Below the pieces are notes generated by a model that worked only from the letters and a program-made list of their open reading frames with translations, was not told the origin of the DNA and did no database searches. Shown piece after piece: positions 1 through 10,370 of a DNA stretch of 64,000 bases. Made by a program: the position numbers and the translations under genes. The stretch is from Gammaproteobacteria bacterium. Its GTDB lineage: Bacteria > Pseudomonadota > Gammaproteobacteria > GCA-001735895. The DNA lies in assembly GCA_024763505.1 (NCBI GenBank), contig JANTFI010000001.1, positions 8,602 to 72,601 of the forward strand, given 5' to 3'. The stretch's first letter is position 1. Each line of letters begins with the position of its first letter.

Positions 1-1
1 C

Positions 2-787
2 GAGGTCGGCTATCAGGAGCCGGTCGATCTCAAACCGATTCGTGATGTGCTGGCGAAGCAGGGATTTGGCGATGCGATCGTGCAACATTTCGGCAGTGCC
101 AGTGAAGTATTATTGCGTCTGGTGCCGCACGAAGGGCAGAACAAGGCGGAGCTGAGCTCTGCAATCATCCCGTTACTGGAAGCGCAAAGTGACAAGGGTA
201 TGGATGTGCGCCGGGTCGATTTTGTCGGCCCGCAGGTAGGTGAAGAATTGCGCGATGATGGCGGTCTTGCCGTATTGTATGCCTTGTTCGCGATTCTGGT
301 TTATGTCTCGCTGCGATTCGAATACCGGTTTTCGCTGGGTGCGGTCGCGGCCCTGATTCATGACGTTACCATTACACTGGGTATCTTTTCGGTGTTGCAA
401 CTGGATTTCGACCTCAGTGTGCTGGCAGCGATTCTGGCGGTAATCGGCTATTCCCTGAACGATACCATTGTTGTGTTTGACCGCATCCGTGAAAACTTCC
501 GTAAGATTCGCAAGAAGAATGCCACCGAAGTGATCAACCTTTCGATCAATCAGACTCTATCTCGTACGCTGGTTACTTCTTTGACCACATTGCTGGTGTT
601 GTTTGCCCTGTACACGCTCGGCGGAGAAGTGATTGAAGCCTTTGCACTGGCGCTGATCATCGGTATTGTGGTCGGTACCTATTCTTCTATCTATGTAGCC
701 AGCGCCGGTGCTTTGGCCATGGGTGTCAGCCGGGCTGACTTGATGGCGCCCGAGAAAACCGACGACGATCTGGAAGCTCGCCCCTGA
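2..787 (+). CDS. secF: Protein-export membrane protein SecF. The 5' end is truncated by the window edge.
   Basis: The frame is open from nt 2. The translation aligns along its length with E. coli SecF (..GFRFEWRL.. / [23 protein letters not shown].. equivalents are present). The ORF track entry 47..787 is the same frame from an internal GTG. Confidence 0.9.
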   Translation, partial: [261 protein letters not shown]

Positions 788-943
788 GCTGAGTTTGGTG
801 GCTCAGGCGACAGCGTTACCGGCACACGCCCGAGTCAAGTGAAGTCAGAAGAATTTCGAGCGAGTTTCGTCCTCCTCCGGCTTCGCTGGTTTGCCGGTGC
901 AGCTAAGTGGCAGAGAAGTTTCCTGCTGTTCTGCGCTACAGCT

Positions 944-1543
944 TCAATCTTTCGTCCAGTCAAACTCCATTTGTCTTGCGGTTTTTTCGGCCAGCGACAA
1001 GCTGTGCAAACGGCTCACCAGATGCAGGCTCATGTCGATGCCGGCCGAAATGCCGGCAGAAGTCACGAAGCGCCCTTCATCTACCCAGCGCCGGTTCTCA
1101 CAGACTTGCAATTCAGGATAAAGGCGACGCAAATCTGGGATATCTTCCCAGTGTGTGGTGACGCTTTGCGTCTTGAGCACGCCCGCTTCAGCCAGCAAAA
1201 ATACACCAGTGCAAACCGAAGCAACCAGTCGCGCCTGTGCCGCCTGTTTTTGAATCCACTCCAGAACCGCAGTTTTGCTGATTTCGTTCCGATGGTCTCC
1301 GCCTGCGATGAGCAAGACGTCGATATCGGGGTGATTGGCGAAATCATAATGCGGCAGAACCCGGTAATCACCACGCGCCTTGACCACTTGACGTTTTTCT
1401 GCGATCAGCCAGACATGAAACAAGTCTGCGGATTCCGCCAGCCGGTTGGCGGTGGAAAAAACCTCGAAGGGGCCGGAAAAATCCAGCACTTCGGCTTCGT
1501 CATAAACATAGATGGCAATATTCATCGCAACGCTTGATTCCAT
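944..1543 (-). CDS. DJ-1/PfpI (ThiJ) family protein, class-I glutamine amidotransferase-like.
   Basis: 199 aa. IAGG...VCTG nucleophile-elbow cysteine context (VASVCTGVFLLAEAG) typical of the DJ-1/PfpI family. GAGG Shine-Dalgarno 5 nt upstream of the ATG at 1543. Confidence 0.75.
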   Translation of the reverse strand: MESSVAMNIAIYVYDEAEVLDFSGPFEVFSTANRLAESADLFHVWLIAEKRQVVKARGDYRVLPHYDFANHPDIDVLLIAGGDHRNEISKTAVLEWIQKQAAQARLVASVCTGVFLLAEAGVLKTQSVTTHWEDIPDLRRLYPELQVCENRRWVDEGRFVTSAGISAGIDMSLHLVSRLHSLSLAEKTARQMEFDWTKD

Positions 1544-1760
1544 GAAACCTCGAAATTGGCAGCATAGCGTAAAATTCCTGCAAAGGGGCAGTTGGCTAAC
1601 CGGGATTTGTCCTGCGCGGTTAATCAGACAGACGATGTAAAAGTCTACACAGGGCGTTGGCTGGAAAATTTACGCGCTAAGCCGGTCTTCAGAACCAACC
1701 GGCGGAAACCGTCTAATCGAAGTTACCGCCGGTTTGGCTGATACGCGGATGACGTGATTT

Positions 1761-2549
1761 CTAGACGGGGTTGCGCAGGGCCTTGAAGAAATTCTTGACC
1801 CCGCCTTTCAGAAAATAATAATTTTTGATACCCAGATCCTGCAGATAATACTGCAACCAGCGAACCTGTTTTCCGACTTCGTCATACACCAGTAACGGTT
1901 TGCCGGATTTTTGCACAGCCTTGAGAAATTCAAGTAATTTCTGGTTTTCATCCATCGAAATGCTTTCCTGCCGGTACGGAAAAAGTTCCAACAGACCGCG
2001 CTGGGTGGGTTCGCGAATATCCAGAACGACAGTATTGTCGGTGATTCTGGCATTGAATTCAGCCGGTTCAAGCAAGGATTTCTTGAAGTCATCCTTGCTG
2101 ATCAATTGGGATGGATTGATCGGGCTTTTTCCCAGCAAAGTGGCTTTGTCGGGATGGGCTCGAGCCCAGTCGAATACGCCGGAATCGTAGGCATAAACAT
2201 TTTTGAGCCCGGCATTCTGCGCCTTTCGCGCGGCCTTGTAGGATTTATAGCAGGTATGTCCATTGCAATAAAATACCAGTGGACGCTGATTGACAGACTG
2301 TAATTCTTTAATGGCGGAAACAAATCCGCTTTTATTGAGTGGAATGTGTACCGCATTGTTGATGTGCAGGGTTTTGAATTCCAGCGCAGAACGGACGTCG
2401 ACAATATCGACCTGATCGAAATTCTGATTCAATAGCTCGGTTTCATAAACCTGGATATGCGGGTAGGTTTTACGTCCCGGATAGTCATCGGCATGCGCCA
2501 GCATGGGTAACAAGCAGCCAATCAGACTGAAAACAAGGGTCATTTTCAT
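1761..2549 (-). CDS. Periplasmic tandem rhodanese-domain (sulfurtransferase-like) protein.
   Basis: 262 aa with an N-terminal signal peptide ([20 protein letters not shown]). Two rhodanese-like halves; the first has the CNGHTC active-site loop context ([11 protein letters not shown]). Confidence 0.7.
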   Translation of the reverse strand: MKMTLVFSLIGCLLPMLAHADDYPGRKTYPHIQVYETELLNQNFDQVDIVDVRSALEFKTLHINNAVHIPLNKSGFVSAIKELQSVNQRPLVFYCNGHTCYKSYKAARKAQNAGLKNVYAYDSGVFDWARAHPDKATLLGKSPINPSQLISKDDFKKSLLEPAEFNARITDNTVVLDIREPTQRGLLELFPYRQESISMDENQKLLEFLKAVQKSGKPLLVYDEVGKQVRWLQYYLQDLGIKNYYFLKGGVKNFFKALRNPV

Positions 2550-2742
2550 GGTGGTTCCTCAAGGGAATATTGTTATGGGTTGATGTCTGCCCGGGATTCT
2601 CTTTCCGGGTACGTCTATTGTAGTGCAGATATTCGCCGGGCTCGGGAAAAAATTTTCGTACAAACCTTTTCGCGGACGGATGATTCAATTTGGCACGGTC
2701 TCTGCATTCTTTTCCGGGTACGCCCAACACAGGAGAAAATCA

Positions 2743-3527
2743 TGAATCAGGCTCTATGGATCGCCAAAACCGGTTTGGATGCCCAGCAAACCCGGTTGGC
2801 AGTCATTTCCAACAATCTGGCCAACGTCAGTACCGATGGCTTCAAGCAGTCGCGCGCCGTTTTCGAGGATTTGTTATATCAGAATATCCGTCAGGTCGGC
2901 GGCCAGACTTCGCAGGATACCCGCTTGCCCTCGGGCTTGATGCTGGGAACCGGAACCCGCGTGGTGGCGACTGAAAAGCTGCATACCCAGGGGTCGATTT
3001 CCAATACCGAGAATTCGCTCGATGTCGCCATTGATGGCAAGGGGTATTTCCCGATTCTGCTGCCGGATGGCAGCGAAGCCTATACCCGAGATGGCAGTTT
3101 CAAGATTTCGGATCAGGGGCAATTGGTCACCGCCAGCGGCTATGTTTTGCAGCCCGGCATTACCATTGCCGCCGATGCTCAGTCGATCACGATCGGTCAG
3201 GATGGTGTGGTTTCTGTCACCCTGCCGGGGCAAGCAGCTCCGCAGATCGTCGGTAACATCCAGATCACCAATTTCATCAATCCGACCGGCCTGCAGCCGG
3301 TAGGCGAAAACCTGTTTGTCGAGTCAGCCGCCAGTGGTGCCGGGCAGGCCGGAACCCCGGGGTTGACCGGTCTCGGAAAGTTACGCCAGGGCGCGCTGGA
3401 AGGGTCGAACGTCAACATCGTCGAAGAAATGGTCGGCATGATTGAAGCCCAACGCGCGTATGAAATGAATTCCAAACTGATCTCGACCGCGGACGGCATG
3501 ATGCAATACCTCAATAACAATATCTAG
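2743..3527 (+). CDS. flgG: Flagellar basal-body distal rod protein FlgG.
   Basis: 261 aa, near-colinear with E. coli FlgG ([44 protein letters not shown]..). AGGAGA Shine-Dalgarno upstream of the ATG at 2743. The longer track ORF 2580.. is an upstream extension. Confidence 0.93.
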
Positions 3528-3535
3528 GTGATGAA

Positions 3536-4225
3536 ATGACCTCCAGACTCAAACCGCTGACACTGCTGGCTGCCATTACCTTGTTGCTGCAAGCCTGTGC
3601 CGGAACCCGCATGCAGGTACAACCTGACCCGATGTTTGCGCCGGTCGATCTGAAAGCCGAGCAGTTTCAACCGGTCAATAATGGCTCGATCTTTCAACCC
3701 GGTCGTTCGGTTCGTCTGTTTGAAGACAGCAAGGCTTTTCGGATCGGAGATTTGCTCAGCGTGACACTGGCCGAGTCCACCAATGCGACCAAATCCGAGG
3801 CGACCAATACCGCCAAGGATGATAGTAATTCGATCGATGCCGGTACCATACTCGGTATAACGCCAACCTATAACGGGCAATCTTTCCTGAACAATTCGCT
3901 GTCTTCCAAGCGGGGTTTCAAGGGCAGCGGTGATGCTGCCCAGAGCAATAGCCTGTCCGGGCAAATCACGGTGATGGTCAGCGATATTCTGCCGAATGGG
4001 AATTTACAGGTGCGCGGGGAAAAAATCATCGGACTCAATCAGGGCTCGGAATTTATTCGTCTGACCGGCATCGTACGGCCGCAGGATGTCAGCTCGAGCA
4101 ATGAAGTCAACTCGACCAAGCTGGCCAATGCCCGAATTTATTATGGTGGCGGCGGCGTCATCGCCGAGGCCAATAGCAAGGGTTGGCTCAGCCGGTTTTT
4201 CAGCAGCCCGGTCTTCCCGTTTTAG
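3536..4225 (+). CDS. flgH: Flagellar L-ring lipoprotein FlgH.
   Basis: 229 aa. Signal peptide with lipobox (LLQAC). FlgH-like throughout. 8 bp after flgG. Confidence 0.9.
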   Translation: MTSRLKPLTLLAAITLLLQACAGTRMQVQPDPMFAPVDLKAEQFQPVNNGSIFQPGRSVRLFEDSKAFRIGDLLSVTLAESTNATKSEATNTAKDDSNSIDAGTILGITPTYNGQSFLNNSLSSKRGFKGSGDAAQSNSLSGQITVMVSDILPNGNLQVRGEKIIGLNQGSEFIRLTGIVRPQDVSSSNEVNSTKLANARIYYGGGGVIAEANSKGWLSRFFSSPVFPF

Positions 4226-4234
4226 GAGTCTGAT

Positions 4235-5338
4235 ATGAAACGATTAGCACAAATCATTGTACTGGCATTTCTGCTGGGCAGTCATCAGGCTCAGGCCGAG
4301 CGAATCAAGGATGTGGCTGAAATTCAGGGCGTTCGCAGCAACCAACTGGTCGGTTACGGATTGGTAGTAGGTCTGGCCGGCACCGGAGACCAGACTGCGC
4401 AAACCCCTTTTACCGTGCAAAGCCTGAAGAGCATGTTGTCGCAATATGGCATCACCTTACCGGCCAATGTGAATCCACAGGTAAAAAATATCGCCGCCGT
4501 CAGCATTCATGCAGATTTGCCCCCTTTTGCCAAGATCGGTCAGCGCATTGATGTCACGGTGTCGTCACTGGGTAATTCGAAGAGCTTGCGCGGCGGCAGT
4601 CTGCTGATGACTCCGCTCAAGGGCGCGGACGGACAAGTCTATGCGCTGGCGCAGGGCAATCTGGTGGTGGGCGGACTGGGGGTGGAAGGGGCCGATGGCT
4701 CCAGCGTCACCATCAATGTGCCCAGTGTCGGGCGGATTCCCGGCGGCGCGTCGATCGAGCGTGAAATCAATAATCCGTTTGCCGCCAGAGACCGCATCAC
4801 ACTGAATCTGAAACGGCCGGATTTCACTACCGCCAAAAGACTGGCCGATACCATCAACCGCGTGCTCGGGCCGGATAATGCCTTTCCGCAAGACAGTGTT
4901 TCGGTCAGCATCAATGCCCCGAAGGATATTTCCCAGCGGGTCGGTTACATGTCGTTTATTGAAAATCTGGAGTTCCAGCCGGGCGAGGCGGCCGCCAGGG
5001 TGATCGTCAATTCACGTACCGGCACGGTAGTAATCGGAAACCATGTGCGGGTGTATTCGGCGGCCGTGTCACATGGCAACATGACCGTCACGATCACCAA
5101 TACCAATCAGGTCAGTCAACCCAATGCGCTGTCCGAAGGTGAAACAGTGACCGGCCAGCAAAGTGATGTGACGGTGACTCAGGATGATAACCGCATGTTT
5201 CTGTTTAACACCGGAGTTTCGCTCGACCAGATTGTGCGGGCAGTCAATGAAGTCGGTGCGTCGCCGGGTGATCTGGTGGCGATTCTGGAGTCGCTGAAGC
5301 AGGTGGGTGCATTATCTGCTGAATTGATTGTGATCTAG
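4235..5338 (+). CDS. flgI: Flagellar P-ring protein FlgI.
   Basis: 367 aa, signal peptide. Conserved FlgI N-terminus ([29 protein letters not shown]). Confidence 0.93.
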   Translation: MKRLAQIIVLAFLLGSHQAQAERIKDVAEIQGVRSNQLVGYGLVVGLAGTGDQTAQTPFTVQSLKSMLSQYGITLPANVNPQVKNIAAVSIHADLPPFAKIGQRIDVTVSSLGNSKSLRGGSLLMTPLKGADGQVYALAQGNLVVGGLGVEGADGSSVTINVPSVGRIPGGASIEREINNPFAARDRITLNLKRPDFTTAKRLADTINRVLGPDNAFPQDSVSVSINAPKDISQRVGYMSFIENLEFQPGEAAARVIVNSRTGTVVIGNHVRVYSAAVSHGNMTVTITNTNQVSQPNALSEGETVTGQQSDVTVTQDDNRMFLFNTGVSLDQIVRAVNEVGASPGDLVAILESLKQVGALSAELIVI

Positions 5339-5434
5339 TGATTTTCGTAACGAACCGATGGCAGGGACAACCGAAAAACCTGCCCGGTTACCGCGCAACG
5401 GGTTTTGCTGTGGTTTACTCCTGTATAGCCGGGT

Positions 5435-6106
5435 TCAGAGATCGACCCAGCGGCGTACCAGATTATTGAAGGTGGCACTGACCTTGCGGGTGGCTTCCTG
5501 ATCGGGTAATTGCTTGAACAGCATTTCCCGCGCCTGATTCAATTCATACAACATTTCGCGTTTGGCCGGGTCTCGCACGGTGCTTTGCGCCCAGGTTACA
5601 GCGACGTAACGCACGCCGCGGGTGACCGGCGCGACAAAATGCCGGCTGTGCGAGGGATACACTACAACGCTACCGGCCGCGAGTTTGATCTTGCGCTCGC
5701 CGTAGCTGTCGCGAATCACCAGTTCGCCACCATCATATTCATCCGGCTCCGACAAAAACACTGTCATCGAAAGATCGGTACGATACAGATCACCCTGTCC
5801 CATGATCGGGTCATCGACATGCTCACCATATTCCATGCCTGATTCATAGCGCGCGTAAAACGGAGCCGCGACGCGTTTCGGCCAGGCCACCGCCTTGAAT
5901 TTTGGATGCCGTACCAGATTTCCCATCACCAGTTCGTTGAGTTGATTGAAGTGCGCCGATTGTGGGTTCATTTCCTGATTTTTCTTGACGCCCCGAGCGA
6001 CCAAACCGGCTGACAGCTTGCCATCGACAAACGGAGAATCCTCCAGCAGTTGCCTGATTTTAGTCAGGTTTTGTGCGGATATTAAATGATCGATGGAAGC
6101 TAACAT
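5435..6106 (-). CDS. PKHD-type Fe(II)/2-oxoglutarate-dependent hydroxylase (YbiX/PiuC family).
   Basis: 223 aa. HxD...H iron-binding triad context (EHVDDP ... YPSHSRHFVAPV), size and layout as in the YbiX family. Confidence 0.7.
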   Translation of the reverse strand: MLASIDHLISAQNLTKIRQLLEDSPFVDGKLSAGLVARGVKKNQEMNPQSAHFNQLNELVMGNLVRHPKFKAVAWPKRVAAPFYARYESGMEYGEHVDDPIMGQGDLYRTDLSMTVFLSEPDEYDGGELVIRDSYGERKIKLAAGSVVVYPSHSRHFVAPVTRGVRYVAVTWAQSTVRDPAKREMLYELNQAREMLFKQLPDQEATRKVSATFNNLVRRWVDL

Positions 6107-6135
6107 GGGTATAATTCATCAATTGAAAACAGGAA

Positions 6136-6462
6136 TTGCCGATGATACTTAATATCAGTATTGAAGACCAAGCCTATGCGGTAGAAGTGCCGGATGATTT
6201 CGTTACCGAAGCGACCGATTTTTTCGCCACGCTCGACAAGGATATGGATCGCGGATGGCAAATGAGTCGTGACTGGGTTGACAATCCGGATACCGAGCAA
6301 CGTTGTCAGATTATTGCCGACCGTATCCTCGGCGCATTCGAACACGAAAACAAAAAATCATTAATCATGCTGTCGGCCTATATCCTCAACAAACTGCCGG
6401 GAACTAAAACTGTCTACATCGATACCAATGGCGAAATGCAAGGTACCTATTTTGAATCCTGA
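6136..6462 (+). CDS. Hypothetical small acidic protein.
   Basis: 108-aa ORF with protein-like composition, 30 bp downstream of a divergent gene. No recognisable domain. Confidence 0.35.
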   Translation: MPMILNISIEDQAYAVEVPDDFVTEATDFFATLDKDMDRGWQMSRDWVDNPDTEQRCQIIADRILGAFEHENKKSLIMLSAYILNKLPGTKTVYIDTNGEMQGTYFES

Positions 6463-6548
6463 GTGATTTATTAGCATGGAGTGATAAGTTATTAGCCGCT
6501 TTTGATCACATCCATATACTGGGGTTATGCCTATATCAGAGCCCCGTC

Positions 6549-8816
6549 ATGTCAGAAGAATTCCGTAAAAAAGCCCTCGATTATCACCGCTTGCCCAGAC
6601 CCGGCAAGCTGGCCATAACCTCAACCACTGCGCTGACCACACAAAGTGATCTGGCACTGGCCTATTCCCCCGGAGTCGCCTACGCCTGCGAAGAAATCGA
6701 ACAGGATGCCATCAAGGTCAGCGACTACACGGCCCGTAGTAATCTGGTGGCGGTGATCAGCAATGGCACGGCAGTACTCGGTCTTGGTCCGATTGGTGCG
6801 TTGGCTTCCAAACCGGTGATGGAAGGCAAGGCGGTGCTGTTCAAAAAATTCGCCAACATCGATGTCTTCGATATCGAAATCAATGAAAACGATCCGCTCA
6901 AACTGGCTCAGACCATCGAGCGGCTGGAGCCGACCTTCGGCGGCATCAACCTCGAAGACATCAAGGCGCCGGAATGCTTCATGGTCGAGGAATATCTGCG
7001 CGACAAGATGTCGATTCCGGTTTTTCATGATGACCAGCATGGCACCGCGATTGTGGTTGCCGCCGCGATGACCAGCGCTTTGTCGGTAGTCGGCAAATCG
7101 ATCGACCAGGTCCGGCTGGTTGCCTCGGGTGCCGGGGCGGCCGCGCTGGCTTGCCTGAACCTGCTGGTTTCGCTGGGATTGCCGCGAGAAAATATTATCG
7201 TAACAGACATTGACGGTGTGGTATTTGAAGGACGCGAGCAGGGCATGGATCCCTACAAGGCGCGTTATGCGGTGGAGACCCCGCATCGCACGCTAGCCGA
7301 TGCAATCGTCGGCGCCGACATCTTTCTGGGGCTGTCGGCGGCCAATGTTCTCAAGCCCGAATTGCTGCGCAGCATGGCGGATCATCCGATCGTGTTTGCG
7401 CTGGCCAACCCTAATCCCGAGATCAATCCGGATGAGGCACACCAGGTTCGGGATGATTTGGTCATGGCCACCGGGCGCAGCGATTTTCCCAATCAAGTCA
7501 ATAATGTGTTGTGTTTTCCCTTTCTGTTTCGCGGCGCACTCGATGTCGGGGCGACCGAAATCAATGAAGCGATGAAGATCGCGGCGGTTCATGCGATCTC
7601 CCGACTGGCCCGGGCTGGCAGTTCGTCCGATATTGTCAGCTCGGCCTATGCCGGAGCCAGCGAATCGCTGCGATTTGGTCCGAGTTATCTGATCCCCAAA
7701 CCCTTCGACCCCCGTCTGATTACCGAAGTCGCCAGTGCCGTGGCACAGGCGGCCATGGATAGTGGCGTGGCCACGCGGCCGATCGCGGATATGAGCGCCT
7801 ATCGCGATGAATTGACCGGGTTTGTCTATCGTTCCGGCATGATGATGAAACCGGTATTTGATCTGGCCCGTGAAAGCCGCCGCAAGGTGGTGTTTGCCGA
7901 GGGAGAAAACCTGCGTGTTCTGCAGGCGGTGGAAACCATTATCCAGGAAAAGATCGCCTATCCGATTCTGCTGGGTCGGCCCGATATCATCAAGCAGCAT
8001 ATTCGTAATTACGGTTTGCAAATGCGCGAAGATGAAGAGTTCGAAATCATTTACGACTTGCAGGAAGAAAAATATGCGCAGTGCTATCACGAAATCATGC
8101 AGCGGCGTGGCGTCACCGAGTTGGAGGCCCAATCGCTGGTGCGCTCGAATACCACGTTGCAGGCGGCCCTGATGGTTCGCCTGGGCGATGCGGACAGCTT
8201 CATCTGCGGTTCGGTCGGACGCTTCCATCATCACCTCAAACCGGTGATGAATGTCAATGGCGTCCGGCCGGAAGAGCATCGCTTTTCCACCCTGAATGTG
8301 CATATCCTCGACTCTGGCACGCTTTTTATTTGCGATACCCAGGTGGTGGAAGATCCGGATGCCGAGCAATTAGCCAACATGACTCTGGAAGCGGCGCGCG
8401 AAGTGGATCGTTTCGGCCTGAAGCCCAAGGTCGCCATGCTGTCGTATTCCAACTACGGCAATCGCAGCAGCCAGTCTGCCGCAAAGATGCGAGAAGCGCT
8501 GAAGTTGATACAGGCGCGCGAGCCGACGCTCGAAGTGGATGGGGAAATGCAGGCGGATTCCGCCTTGTCGGAAATCAAGCGACGCGAACGCTTTACCGGA
8601 AAGACCTTCAGCGGCAGTGCCAATCTGCTGATCATGCCGAATCTCGATGCGGCCAATATTACCTCCAACATGCTCAAAGTGCTGGGCTGCGGCGTGACCA
8701 TTGGGCCGATATTGATGGGCAGCCAATTGCCCGGCCATATTGTCAATTCCTCCATTTCCGTCCGAGGCCTGGTGAATATGACGGTGATGGCAGTGGTTCA
8801 CAGCCTGCAAAAATGA
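6549..8816 (+). CDS. maeB: NADP-dependent malic enzyme (malic enzyme domain plus C-terminal phosphotransacetylase-like domain).
   Basis: 755 aa. N-terminus ([36 protein letters not shown]) and the length are diagnostic of MaeB-type two-domain malic enzymes. Confidence 0.9.
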   Translation: MSEEFRKKALDYHRLPRPGKLAITSTTALTTQSDLALAYSPGVAYACEEIEQDAIKVSDYTARSNLVAVISNGTAVLGLGPIGALASKPVMEGKAVLFKKFANIDVFDIEINENDPLKLAQTIERLEPTFGGINLEDIKAPECFMVEEYLRDKMSIPVFHDDQHGTAIVVAAAMTSALSVVGKSIDQVRLVASGAGAAALACLNLLVSLGLPRENIIVTDIDGVVFEGREQGMDPYKARYAVETPHRTLADAIVGADIFLGLSAANVLKPELLRSMADHPIVFALANPNPEINPDEAHQVRDDLVMATGRSDFPNQVNNVLCFPFLFRGALDVGATEINEAMKIAAVHAISRLARAGSSSDIVSSAYAGASESLRFGPSYLIPKPFDPRLITEVASAVAQAAMDSGVATRPIADMSAYRDELTGFVYRSGMMMKPVFDLARESRRKVVFAEGENLRVLQAVETIIQEKIAYPILLGRPDIIKQHIRNYGLQMREDEEFEIIYDLQEEKYAQCYHEIMQRRGVTELEAQSLVRSNTTLQAALMVRLGDADSFICGSVGRFHHHLKPVMNVNGVRPEEHRFSTLNVHILDSGTLFICDTQVVEDPDAEQLANMTLEAAREVDRFGLKPKVAMLSYSNYGNRSSQSAAKMREALKLIQAREPTLEVDGEMQADSALSEIKRRERFTGKTFSGSANLLIMPNLDAANITSNMLKVLGCGVTIGPILMGSQLPGHIVNSSISVRGLVNMTVMAVVHSLQK

Positions 8817-8956
8817 GTTCTTATTGATTTTGGGCTTTACCGCGTTGATTGCGATCGGTTGCCATGGTTATCAGCGATTGAACCACAAAGTCGGAAAAAT
8901 CTACGGGTTGATCTAGAATGATCAGTTGACTGAAAACTGAAATACGAGGTTGTTGG

Positions 8957-9580
8957 ATGAATGAAGTATTGAAAGCGTTGCATTTTCGCCATGCCTGCAA
9001 GAAGTTTGACCCGAACCGTCAGATTCCGGTGGATGACTTGCTCGCCATTCTGGAATGCGGCCGGATTTCGCCTTCCTCATTCGGCATGGAGCCATGGAAA
9101 TTTGTCGTGGTGCAGGACAGGACACTGCGCGAAAAATTACGCAAGGCTTGCTGGAATCAGATGCAGGTAACCGATGCCAGCGAAGTGGTGGTGATTCTGG
9201 CGCGGCCTGAAGATGTCAAACCCGACTCGGATTTTGTCAAGTACAAGTTTTCTCGCCGCAATCTCGACCCCGATGCCGAAAAGGCCTATCTGGCGCGATA
9301 TCGCAATCACCTCGAAACGGAAATCGAGCCGATCATGAGTTATTATGCCTGGACCTCCAAACAGTGTTATATCGCACTGGCGAATATGCTTACCGCCGCT
9401 GCCGCCACTGGCATCGACAGTTGCCCGATTGAAGGCTTCCACAAGAAAGAAGTCGAAGAAGTGCTGGAAATCGATGGCAAACAGTTTGAAGTTGCTGTGG
9501 TTTTCACGCTCGGCTACAGGGCGGGTGAACAATCTCCACAACTGCGATCTGATGCATCCGAAGTGATTGAATACCGCTGA
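8957..9580 (+). CDS. NAD(P)H nitroreductase family protein.
   Basis: 207 aa, nitroreductase fold signature at the N-terminus (RHACKKFDP...PSSFGMEPWKFVVV). Confidence 0.7.
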   Translation: MNEVLKALHFRHACKKFDPNRQIPVDDLLAILECGRISPSSFGMEPWKFVVVQDRTLREKLRKACWNQMQVTDASEVVVILARPEDVKPDSDFVKYKFSRRNLDPDAEKAYLARYRNHLETEIEPIMSYYAWTSKQCYIALANMLTAAAATGIDSCPIEGFHKKEVEEVLEIDGKQFEVAVVFTLGYRAGEQSPQLRSDASEVIEYR

Positions 9581-9710
9581 ATTGATCTACAACAAGTAAA
9601 GCTGAATTAGCACAGTAAATGCCTCGGGCAAGGATGCATCGAGTTAACCGGCTTGATTATACTGCGGACAAGGTTCGACTCTGAATCGAATCGTTCACCA
9701 GGAGGATGCC

Positions 9711-10160
9711 ATGATCACCTATCAACAGCTTTTCGAAGATATTCATAAAATCACTGAAATATCCAATGTATTTCTGTATCTGATTCGCGATCGCGCCATG
9801 TGCGATACCCAAATCACTTGTGACCTGTTTTTCGACTATGTCGACAGGGTCAATCATCATCTTGAGCTACAGGAAAACCACTTGTACAGCGCGATCCTGA
9901 GCGACGGCGATGATGCGGATAAAAAGGTCGCTGAAAATTTTATGTCCGGCTCGCAAGAGATCAAGAAAATTTTCAAGCAATACCTGAAAAAATGGTCGAA
10001 GGGTAACCGCAAGCACGAATTGCTGTTGGCGGATTATGACAATTTCACCCGGGAAACCGAAGAGGTTTTCGGTATGGTGCTGAAGCGAATTCAGGATGAA
10101 ACGGAACACTTATATCCTTTGATCCGACAACTCAGGGGTGATAACCAGCAGGTAGCCTGA
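9711..10160 (+). CDS. Hemerythrin-like (HHE cation-binding) domain protein.
   Basis: 149 aa. H..HxxxE-type spacing (VNHHLELQENHLY ... ETEHLYP). AGGAGG Shine-Dalgarno 7 nt upstream. Confidence 0.4.
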   Translation: MITYQQLFEDIHKITEISNVFLYLIRDRAMCDTQITCDLFFDYVDRVNHHLELQENHLYSAILSDGDDADKKVAENFMSGSQEIKKIFKQYLKKWSKGNRKHELLLADYDNFTRETEEVFGMVLKRIQDETEHLYPLIRQLRGDNQQVA

Positions 10161-10370
10161 TTCTGTGTGCAAAGACAGCTGACTACTGCCGGCAGGATTT
10201 ACGTCAGCCGCAGACTGCGGAAAGCGATATGTCGGTTGTTCAGGGCACTTTTGAAGACTGGTTTACAGTGGTGTTAGATCTTCTGGCAGAGTCTGCTCAT
10301 AGTAGGCTATGCCCGGCTAGAATTTCTGAATTCAGCTGATCTGGAACTTCAGGCGCAGGGCTGTCGAATT

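Noticed and set aside
1690-1750. Stem AACCGGCGG...CCGCCGGTT with 20-nt loop downstream of the rhodanese gene.
   Set aside because: Could be a terminator but lacks a U-tract on the relevant strand. Too weak to call.
7293-8827. Long antisense or alternative-frame ORFs (358 aa minus strand; 248 aa plus strand, other frame) inside maeB.
   Set aside because: High-GC coding regions give long spurious open frames. Their translations are low-complexity (Arg/Gly/His-rich). maeB homology explains the locus.
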